This document shows positions 14,617 to 23,792 of a stretch of 64,000 bases of DNA, in pieces. Below the pieces are notes generated by a model, which was given only the letters and a program-made list of their open reading frames with translations, ran no database searches and was not told where the DNA came from. The first letter of the stretch is position 1. Each line of letters starts with the position of its first letter. This DNA comes from Setoptus koraiensis (Eukaryota > Animalia > Arthropoda), in the NCBI GenBank assembly GCA_048013815.1, contig CM106586.1, positions 5,332,001 to 5,396,000 on the forward strand, in the 5' to 3' direction. A program made the position numbers and the translations under genes.

Positions 14617-16124
14617 CAAGTTTTTCAAATTTCTACCATAGTTCGATGATCATGTCAACTGCCTGCATGCCGAAATTGGTGCAGTTCTAGCGGTCAATAT
14701 TGCCACAATGAACAAATTTGCGAGACACAACAAGCTGGCAATGGCGCACTATGTGTTATATCGCGAGACCTGTGTGCGGTGTGCTATGAGAATGAGTCGT
14801 TTGGTCTGTTCAAAGCAGCTATAGAGTGTGACAAAATAAATCAAAATGTCTCAGATTTTCAATATAGCTAGATACACATGTTGACTGCTTGCGTACAAAA
14901 TTTGGTTAATTTATGATACCCAATTTAGTCACAATTAATAATTTTGCGAGACACAAAAAATCAGCAATGGCGCACTATGTGTTATATCGCGCGACCTGTG
15001 TGCGGTATGCTCTTCCTTCGTGTTGATGAGCTATTTTCAACGAGTCCGCAAAATATGACAGACTAGATCCAAGTTTTTCAAATTTCTACCATAGTTCGAT
15101 GATCATGTCAACTGCCTGCATGCCGAAATTGGTGCAGTTCTAGCGGTCAATATTGCCACAATGAACAAATTTGCGAGACACAACAAGCCGGCAATGGCGC
15201 ACTATGTGTTATATCGCGCGATTTGTGTGAGGTGTGCTATGAGAATGAGTCGTTTGGTCTGTTCAAAGCAGCTATAGAGTGTGACAAAATAAATCAAAAT
15301 GTCTCAGATTTTCAATATAGCTAGATACACATGTTGACTGCTTGCGTACAAGATTTGGTTAATTTATGATACCCAATTTAGTCACAATTAATAATTTTGC
15401 GAGACACAAAAAATCAGCAATGGCGCACTATGTGTTATATCGCGCGACCTGTGTGAGGTGTGCTATGAGAATGAGTCATTTGGTCTGTTCAAAGCAGCTA
15501 TAGAGTGTGACAAAATGAATCAAAATGTTTCAGATTTTCAATATAGCTAGATACACATGTTGACTGCTTGCGTACAAGATTTGGTTAATTTATGATACCC
15601 AATTTAGTCACAATTAATAATTTTGCGAGACACAAAAAATCAGCAATGGCGCACTATGTGTTATATCGCGCGACCTGTGTGCGGTATGCTCTTCCTTCGT
15701 GTTGATGAGCTATTTTCAACGAGTCCGCAAAATATGACAGACTAGATCCAAGTTTTTCAAATTTCTACCATAGTTCGATGATCATGTCAACTGCCTGCAT
15801 GCCGAAATTGGTGCAGTTCTAGCGGTCAATATTGCCACAATGAACAAATTTGCGAGACACAACAAGCTGGCAATGGCGCACTATGTGTTATATCGCGCGA
15901 CCTGTGTGCGGTGTGCTATGCGAATGAGTCGTTTGGTCTGTTCAAAGCAGCTATAGAGTGTGACAAAATAAATCAAAATGTCTCAGATTTTCAATATAGC
16001 TAGATACACATGTTGACTGCTTGCGTACAAAATTTGGTTAATTTATGATACCCAATTTAGTCACAATTAATAATTTTGCGAGACACAAAAAATCAGCAAT
16101 GGCGCACTATGTGTTATATCGCGC
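14617..16124. repeat. 226/227-bp satellite array with two monomer types (A/B)
   Basis: Shared core TTTGCGAGACAC...GCAATGGCGCACTATGTGTTATATCGCG starts at 14717, 14943, 15170, 15396, 15622, 15849 and 16075 (spacings 226/227/226/226/227/226). Order is partial B-A-B-A-A-B-A-core. Confidence 0.95.
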
Positions 16125-16512
16125 ATCATGCATGCATGTAGCTATAAATAACATACATACAGCCATGATGAATATTCTGGATTGCTCAAAATAAGACGAT
16201 CAACTCTTGAATATCTAAATATAACAGAGTCGAGGACATCAAATATAACGATCTGCTATTTTATTTTTGACAATAAACATACGGTTAAGGAATTCATATT
16301 TAGAGGTAATGTATTCAGACCATTCTCTTCTGGTTTGACAGCTGCATTACCTCAGACGATGTTCAGTACGATTGGTGATGATAAATTCAAATTGTGCGGA
16401 GCTGTCAATAAACTAACAAATTGTTTTGTGATTCAAATAATATGTAACAACTGGTATATCTTCTGATCGATCTTTCGCGCAACACTCATGTTGATAAACG
16501 TGTCATCTTCTA

Positions 16513-17056
16513 AGCGTTTCATTGTGCTAAATCTGTCTTGTTTTTGCACTCCTAACTTCCCCAGTGCTAAATTCAATTTGTAAACAGCTAGTATTATCGC
16601 ATGCTAATTTTTACCAGTTAGCGTCTCAGCCTCTACTGTATAATTTATTTCTAAAAACTCCGCCTCCTAGCCTTACGTGTGCTAGATTTCAAGAGTCAAC
16701 ATTTTAGCGTTTCATTGTGCTAAATCTGTCTAGTTTTTGCACTCCTAACTTCCCCAGTGCTAAATTCAAACTGTAAACAGCTAGCATGATCACATGCTAA
16801 TTTTTACCAGTTAGCGTCTCAGCCTCTACTGTATAATTTATTTCTAAAAACTCCGCCTCCTAGCCTTACGTGTGCTAGATTTTAAGAGTCAACATTTTAG
16901 CGTTTCATTGTGCTAAATCTGTCTTGTTTTTGCACTCCTAACTTCCCCAGTGCTAAATTCAATTTGTAAACAGCTAGTATTATCGCATGCTAATTTTTAC
17001 TAGTTAGCGTCTCAGCCTTCACTGTATAATTGTTTCCTAATGACTCCGCCTCCTAG
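16513..17056. repeat. 193-bp tandem repeat, about 2.8 copies
   Basis: AGCGTTTCATTGTGCTAAATCTGTC recurs at 16513, 16706 and 16899 with near-identical units. Confidence 0.95.
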
Positions 17057-17298
17057 CTTTCTCTGCACTAACAAACTAGATAGATTCACAACAATGAAGC
17101 CTACAAAATGCTCACCAACGCCTCCGCTGTGCTAATTTTTTCTAGAAGGAGAAAAGCACTGATTTGTTCTGTCACGTGAATAAACGTAGTCATAATCACC
17201 ACCCCAATAGCTACTTAATTAAAATTAAGCGCTAAAAATGTTTAGCTAAGACGACAATATTTCATCGATATATCCACACGTTTATTTATTTTTCCATC

Positions 17299-18870
17299 TT
17301 AAAGATCTATCAGGCCCTTTATCTGTCTGCTGATGGCTGCTAAATAGTCCATTTCAGACAATTTAGCTCTATCTTGTATAATGGCGATGATTTTTCGTTC
17401 GTTGGTGTCATAGATAGTGTCAACTCTTGTTTCCCTCTCTGCTGAGATGCACCTGTCCATCTCGCCTAGCTGAGTATGCTCTTCTTTCCGTAGAAGGCCA
17501 ATCAATTTAAGGACGCCAGGATGCTGCTGACCAATTACTGTTCTCATTCGTCTATGCCACGCTTCAATACTATTTTGGGTGCGTGGCAAACCAATTCTGA
17601 CCAAGTCGAGTATTGACCAAAACTCCTGGTCGAACATATTTGTTGATGGTTGAGAGCTACGTTGGCTCGACGCGGTGTTTCTCAATTCAAAATTGCTTCT
17701 TATATAGTTCGATTTAAACCAGGTGAGAAAATTTGCTACTCGTTCATCGCTTATTCCTGATGTTATTTGCTCGGCGATCGCCATGAAGGCGTCCTCTATT
17801 TCCTCGCTCGGTAGAAAAGCCAGAGCTATCATGTTTCTAATTTGCGATACGAAAAATTCATCAGTCCCGTACATTTCTACCAATCCGTGTTTCTGTATCG
17901 AGCGATAGATGATTTGTCCGAAATGGAAGAGACAACCCTTATTTGCTGCATCAGGGAACTCTTCTTTGATAGCCTTGACCGCTCCTCGCTCGAAATCGGA
18001 CAAGAAGAATTTAGGTTCAAATGTTGTATCTGTTTTTATATAATGAGACTTGATGTCTTGAAACAATCTCCGATATAGATCAGTCGTTTTCGATGACATC
18101 AGTGCATATACTAATGGGAATGCTTTTCGACTTTTGCCGACGCCGACCATTCCAAAAAGTGAGTAAACTTGATAAAACAGTGTTGGGGCAATATAAAATG
18201 TTCCATCCAAGATGACGATGTCTGATAAAGCCAATAATTCGAGCGATCTTGACGAGCTAAATGTTATGACTCTCTGACTACCAACGCGCGAGTCTGCCAA
18301 AACAAACCTATTACCTGTGGCTGTGTTTTCTAGCTCTGGTGGGATCATTAATTCGTCCAAATTCATTGGTTCTCTGGGTTGTCCAATATGTTTTCGTGAT
18401 CGTCTTATTAATGACGATTGCGCTGCTGAGCTTGAAAGAGTCGCTAACGTTTCTCTAGATAGTTCCCCGTGTATATCGTTCATGATGACCGAGGGTGCGT
18501 CCCGTGATGTGCTTGCTCTGGCCTTCATCCGGGCTATTGCATCCAGTCTTTTGATTTTCGTAGGGCTTGGTGGATGCTGGTGAGTGTTCGATTCTTTGAA
18601 ATATACATGACGTTCGCCTGAGAGTATTGTTGTAAGCCGAGCTGTACATCCGTGAGAATAATAATTAGTGCACTTCCAGTAGACTTTATCATTTCGGGTC
18701 CAATCTTTATAGTATGAAAATCCACTCACGATTGCCATCTGTTTATGCTTGTTGGTTGTTGTGATCTGAACTTCTTTCTCGACGGGATGAATTTCTTGAT
18801 TATTCTCTTCCACGATTGATATCTCGACATCTTCCTCAACGGTTTGGATTTGTTGATTATTCTCTCCCAT
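17299..18870 (-). mobile_element. Mutator-like (MULE) DDE transposase with N-terminal FLYWCH zinc finger, intronless, 523 aa
   Basis: FLYWCH-type segment (YYKDWTRNDKVYWKC...GCTARL...HQH); MULE core DGTF...YQVYSL, FLSDFE, CLFH (CxxH) and RTQNSIEAWH, so the D-D-E triad appears intact. TIRs not identified. Confidence 0.92.
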
Positions 18871-19511
18871 AATTGTTGGATATCTTCTAGATTATTGTAG
18901 ATATTTGTTTGTTGTAGATATTTGTCTGTTGTAGATATTTGTTTGTTCCAGATTGTTGATAATATCGATGAATATTTTACTAATTTATTGATAATAATTA
19001 TTGATTGATTACTGATGTTAGAACATGTATTCTATCTAACGTATGAATTGCGAATGAACTAATTATTTGTTTTTCACACTACTTAACTAGATCACTTAGT
19101 GAGCTATAGCAATCTATATTGCACTCGTGCGCTCGTTCCGTGTCGCAACAGCGGTCTGCATTTCTACGTGCTTCTTGTGCTTGCGCAACAGCTAAGTTGA
19201 CCTGTGTTTCTTGGCGCGTGCAATACTGCGATGAGCTAGCGAGTGAAGCTAGAGTATTATTGCACGCGCAAGTTGTCATAGGTCTACTTAACAGTTGCGC
19301 AACCTAACTAGCGCTGCCAAAGGCAGATAATTATCGCTACACTCGTTGCGTTGACTTGTGCAACACGTGTTCGCACCTGGCAGCGCTAGTTGCGCTTGCG
19401 CAACAGTAAAAAGTTAACACTCACCCGGCCCACGTTCACCCGATCCTTTGCGGGCCCCGCCCACTCGACCCCCAGTCTTCGGGTGACACATTTTTCGTTG
19501 TAGAGGGTGCC

Positions 19512-19601
19512 CGGCGAAGCCGTCAGTCGTCCCGCCAGAGGCCGCAGGCCTCTGGCGTGGACGGCAGGCCGAGGCTGCATGGCAGGCCGAAGGCCTGCCA
19601 T
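19512..19601. other. Cluster of GC-rich perfect hairpins with GNA triloops (possible transposon terminus)
   Basis: CGGC-GAA-GCCG (19512-19522), CGCCAGAGGCC-GCA-GGCCTCTGGCG (19533-19557) and ATGGCAGGCC-GAA-GGCCTGCCAT (19579-19601), followed by ACAGCAAGT. Confidence 0.7.
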
Positions 19602-19781
19602 ACAGCAAGTGACGAACTCTCTGACTGCCTATACATAAGTGAAGAAATGGTATTAAATAATAATTTCGGTGATAATTAGAGAGAATAAGGGAGGACTACA
19701 ACGCTTTACATTCTTTTGTTCGCTCTATCAAGCATCTTATTTATTCAATTCCATAGTTGTACTCTAAACAATTCTATTCTT

Positions 19782-19958
19782 TTAGTCGTATATTCCATGT
19801 TCTTCGTCGTATTCCTGTGGTTCGAATTGATGTGCGATCAGTTTCGCAGTGTCCACCACTAATTCTACTGCCTTCATCAGGTGTCTTCCTTTGAATTTTA
19901 CTCCTTCGACGCATAATACCAACGAAATAATCACTAATATCGCGATAAAGATTTTCAT
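19782..19958 (-). CDS. Small secreted peptide (58 aa from ATG 19958; alternative ATG 19973)
   Basis: MKIFIAILVIISLVLCVEG is a textbook signal peptide, followed by a basic/amphipathic segment and an acidic tail (EPQEYDEEHGIYD). Confidence 0.65.
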   Translation of the reverse strand: MKIFIAILVIISLVLCVEGVKFKGRHLMKAVELVVDTAKLIAHQFEPQEYDEEHGIYD

Positions 19959-20333
19959 CTTTCTCCCGCACATTCTGCTGTTCGCTTGGTTCGTATTTTT
20001 ATTGTTGTGTATGATTTTGGTACTGCTTGAATGATTTCATTTGACTCTTAGTTACTTCTTCTTCCCTCTGCACCATATAAATGGAACGAAAGGACGACAA
20101 GAGAACTCAGAGTCCTCTTGTCGTCCTTTCAATCGGACATGCGCACGTACTATTTTTAAGGAGTTCTCCTGTCGTCCTTTCGTTCCATTTATATATCAAT
20201 TCAGACTTGAACAGATTACAATCCACATTATCAAAATTTAATCAAAGTCAACGACAATATAATCCATATCAACACAAATCATCCACATCTACAACGATCA
20301 AATACAAACAACGAATAAAAAAAGAGCAGAATA

Positions 20334-20627
20334 ATGAAAAGCAGCACTCGCATCATTATTATTTTGGTTTTAATTGTCGCTGGTGTATGGGCAAATCCAC
20401 CTCGCCGCCAACACCGCCCAGCCCGACCAACATTTAACCGTCATGGGCGCCTTAGCAATTATAAGGAGACGCCCAAACGTCCAGTAGCAGACCCTCGCTT
20501 CCCACCCGCCCTACCACCGATTAGACCGTTCCCGACGAGCGTCGGCGATCATCGCAGCCCGTTTGATGATGAGCTTGATAGTATTGACGCTCGTTTGGCA
20601 GCATTTGATGCACAATACAATGGCTGA
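20334..20627 (+). CDS. Small secreted Pro/Arg-rich peptide (97 aa)
   Basis: Signal peptide MKSSTRIIIILVLIVAGVWA, Pro/Arg-rich region (RPARP, PRFPP, PIRPFP) and acidic C-terminus; A-rich 5' leader; AATAAA-like signal near 20729. Confidence 0.75.
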   Translation: MKSSTRIIIILVLIVAGVWANPPRRQHRPARPTFNRHGRLSNYKETPKRPVADPRFPPALPPIRPFPTSVGDHRSPFDDELDSIDARLAAFDAQYNG

Positions 20628-20807
20628 ATGTAGAACATTTTTTCTCAGTTTCATATGAAGAACATGTGCTGTGGGATACAGTTTAAATCGAATTTCATGT
20701 ACCTAAATCAGATGTGATTAATAATTGAAATAAAATCAAGCGCTTAAAACGACCATTTTCTTATCGATTTTTATCATTTCTCTCACTCATTTCACTCTTT
20801 TGTTTGA

Positions 20808-20962
20808 TTAGTTGGAGTGTATGTTAGATTTAGTGGACTTAGTTGCAGTGTATGTTAGATATGATGGACTTAGTTGCAGTGTATGTTAGATATGATGGAC
20901 TTAGTTGCAGTGTATGTTAGATTTAGTGGACTTAGTTGAAGTGTATGTTAGATTTAGTGGAG
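20808..20962. repeat. 31-bp minisatellite x5
   Basis: Unit TTAGTTGCAGTGTATGTTAGATWTRRTGGAC, directly adjacent copies with no spacers. Confidence 0.9.
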
Positions 20963-21019
20963 TTAGATGAAATAGCGATAGATGAAGTGCATGTTAGAAC
21001 AAATGTGTGTTTTGGTGTA

Positions 21020-21310
21020 AAGGGTGTTTCAATCAGAACCTGGATTTGAACTGATTATGCTACGCTGCCTTCCACAGTGCTTTATTTTTCGATATTTGTC
21101 GATGCATTCTGGAAGTTACAGCGTGCAGAAAGAGACTATGTGCAGCGCGAAATAATTAGTTGTGCCAAGCGAATGGGACTTTTCTCGACCTCAACACAGT
21201 CTATCTGATTTGTTGTGCCGAATTTCATTTGATCACCACTTCGGAAAGAATATGTGCTAGCGAGCAGCACAGTGTGTTTTATTGATCCAGGTTCTGATTG
21301 AAACACCCTT
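21020..21310. mobile_element. Tc1/mariner-type MITE (291 bp, 26-bp perfect TIRs, TA target duplication)
   Basis: Left TIR AAGGGTGTTTCAATCAGAACCTGGAT (21020-21045) and its exact reverse complement (21285-21310), flanked by TA at 21018-19 and 21311-12; no internal ORF. Confidence 0.88.
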
Positions 21311-21614
21311 TAGTGCGTTTTTAGTGGAAGTGTTTGTTAGAAGAAGTATATGTTTAGGTGAAACGACAGGGACCCAGGAAATAGCAGCACATATTGTTGA
21401 CTTGTACGTTATATTCAGCATGATTAACAACTTCATTTATTACGACAATTAATTTAATCGCACTTATTTCAAAGAACCAGCAAAAGACAATTAATGTTAA
21501 ATAATTGTGTATATCGCTAACACTACTATTATAATTTATTATTATTATTACCATCAATTCCATTCTGGAATTAACATGTAAGTGAATAATGTCATTATCA
21601 ACATTGAGATAAAC

Positions 21615-22328
21615 CTAGTCTGAAGGGTAAGGCCATGCCTTAAACACAGATTCGACATTTTTAGACCATTCAAATTTTTTTATCAATGTTTTATAGGGCC
21701 TAAAAATTACTGCATCAATAAGTGGTTGACAGATAATTGCGGCCGAATAAAGTGGCGCAATGGGCTCACTACTAGTGATGACAAGCTCCTTGAACTGTTT
21801 ATCGTCGACATGTTCCTTCTTAGCTATCGCTACAAGATTGTCTATCGCTTGCCCGAAGTTGAAATCTTTGTAATACTCACTGTAAGGGGTGCACAATTCG
21901 TACACTTTGTCGAAAAACGGATCCGCTCTTAGAAATCCCCTGTTGAACTTGACATAGTAATTGAAATTATATTTAAATCGTTCCTTCATGTGTCCATCGT
22001 CTCTATACAGACCAGAAATTAGATGAGTGATCATTTTCATGTCGACCTCCTGCGAGCTATCCTGTCGTTCGATTACCTGTAATACTTTCATCATGCGTCT
22101 TGGCCAATGATGAGTCTTACTTTGCAGATGAGCAGCACTGCGGCGATCAGCGTTCCCTTTGAAATTGAAAAACTCATTAGATTCTTTGTTGTACCATTTT
22201 TCAACCTGATCATTTATCGTTCTTATTTGTTTCAAAAAGAGTTCTTGTCCTATTACTATCACACAGTTGAAACTTATGACCAACATAAGAGGCCCAAGAG
22301 CATTCATGATGACCTTGAATAGATGCAT
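21615..22328 (-). CDS. Secreted protein family, copy 1 (237 aa)
   Basis: The true ATG at 22328 aligns with the paralogs (the ORF track starts at a TTG). Signal peptide to G|Q; family motifs INDQVEKWY, HWPRRMMKVLQ, ELC, ITSSEPIAPLYSAAIICQ, WPYP. Confidence 0.9.
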   Translation of the reverse strand: MHLFKVIMNALGPLMLVISFNCVIVIGQELFLKQIRTINDQVEKWYNKESNEFFNFKGNADRRSAAHLQSKTHHWPRRMMKVLQVIERQDSSQEVDMKMITHLISGLYRDDGHMKERFKYNFNYYVKFNRGFLRADPFFDKVYELCTPYSEYYKDFNFGQAIDNLVAIAKKEHVDDKQFKELVITSSEPIAPLYSAAIICQPLIDAVIFRPYKTLIKKFEWSKNVESVFKAWPYPSD

Positions 22329-22436
22329 ATTCGAAATCAATATTGGCCCGTCAATCAAGAATGAGTAACAATTTTTAATTTGAAGTTGTCGCTTGCAATC
22401 TGTCTTGCAATATGTCAAAAAGCTTTTGTGACTGCT

Positions 22437-22563
22437 CTATCGGCCGGATTCTGTGAGAAGATTCTATTAATATTTTCTCTGTTATTTAGTGGAAACAACA
22501 ATTTCTTAGCTACTCTGTCGCTGCAAATCGTTATGGGGAGAAGTTTATTATTAGCACAACTTT
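22437..22563 (-). promoter_or_regulatory. Conserved upstream block of the secreted family (about 95% identical to 23889-24016)
   Basis: By-eye alignment gives 5 substitutions and 1 indel in about 127 bp between copies 1 and 2; ends in the GCACAACTTT motif shared with copies 3, 4 and 8. Confidence 0.6.
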
Positions 22564-23072
22564 CTATCAATGTGAATGCAAAATGTTCTCACTCGATGCA
22601 TGAAAAGCAACGTTCATGCAACATTCTGCATTATGAAACGAAAAAAAAGAAGAATATCTCACTGGCCATTAACAAATGACCATGACAACGGGGCAAAGTG
22701 CTGGTCTCCACGATAGGTGACGGCGATCTGAAACTTGAATCAGCCTAAATTGAGAAAAATAAATCGTTTTATTTGCTATGATTGGGGGCTTTTTATTCGA
22801 GATTCTTTTATATCATTCGCATATCAATTCCTCTTGTTTCTAGTTCATCTCTGATCCTCTGGAACAGTTTTCGAAATTTGCTCGAGGGAAATTTATTTCG
22901 CTGTTGAGAGACCAGAAATGTTCATAGGAGCGAAAGTATCACGAATCGAACAGGTCCACTTTTTGAGACTTCAGTTCACCGTTGGCTCTTTTCTTTTCTT
23001 GTTCATCTCTTTCCTGTTGAAACTCTCTATAGATGTATAGATGTACATCTCTTCTAGGATCCTCCCATTGTC

Positions 23073-23792
23073 TCATGGGATAGGAAAAACCCATTTGCTC
23101 GGGTAAGGCCATGCCTGAAGCGCACGTTCGGCGACTCTCGACCATTCGAAATGATCTTTGTGAGGCTCCAAATTTACCGCCGCTGTAACTGCTTGACAGA
23201 TCTTCGCGGCCGAATAAACTGGTGCGATGGGCTCGCTACTCGTTATGACAAGCTTATTGAAATGCGTGTCGTCAACATTTTCCTCCTTGGCTAATTTCAA
23301 AAGATCGTTGATGGCTTTTTGAAAGTTGAAATAATCTTTGCTCTGAACATTGTAAGGCGTGCACAATTCGATAGCTAGACTGAGATATCCATCCCTTGTC
23401 GGTTTGGATTTTTCAAGTAAGTAGCGTCTGAAATTACTTTTGAATCTTGCCTTCATCCGTAGATTGCCTTGATGCATACCGGAGACAACTCGAATGACCT
23501 CTTCCATGTTGATCTCGTGCGAGGCATCCAGTTGTGTGGCCATTTGTAACACTTTCATCATTTGTCTTGGCCAATGATGACTCGTACTTTGCAGATGAGC
23601 AGCACTCGGGTGACCAACAGCGCTTTTGAATTTTGATAGCATGTGAGATTCTTCATTGTACCATTTTTCGACTTGATCATTGATCGTCTTTATTTGTTCC
23701 AAAGTACGTTCCTGTCCTCTAACCATTGCATGGCTGAAACTCATCAACATGAGAGTTCCAAAAGCAATACTGACGACATTGAATAGATACAT
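23073..23792 (-). CDS. Secreted protein family, copy 2 (239 aa; tail truncated by a nonsense codon)
   Basis: ATG at 23792; same motifs as the other copies; TGA aligns with GGA of copy 5. Confidence 0.9.
   Translation of the reverse strand: MYLFNVVSIAFGTLMLMSFSHAMVRGQERTLEQIKTINDQVEKWYNEESHMLSKFKSAVGHPSAAHLQSTSHHWPRQMMKVLQMATQLDASHEINMEEVIRVVSGMHQGNLRMKARFKSNFRRYLLEKSKPTRDGYLSLAIELCTPYNVQSKDYFNFQKAINDLLKLAKEENVDDTHFNKLVITSSEPIAPVYSAAKICQAVTAAVNLEPHKDHFEWSRVAERALQAWPYPSKWVFPIP

Noticed and set aside
19116-19127. TATTGCACTCGT, matching the start of miR-92 family sequences
   Set aside because: Match ends after 12 nt and no complementary 5' arm forms a pre-miRNA hairpin.
16130-19650. Terminal inverted repeats for the MULE
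   Set aside because: No matching inverted sequence between the left and right flanks was found in the visible sequence.
20808-20962. 31-bp repeats as a CRISPR array (also the CA-embedded 15-mer at 9404-9478)
   Set aside because: No unique spacers, no cas genes, eukaryotic context.
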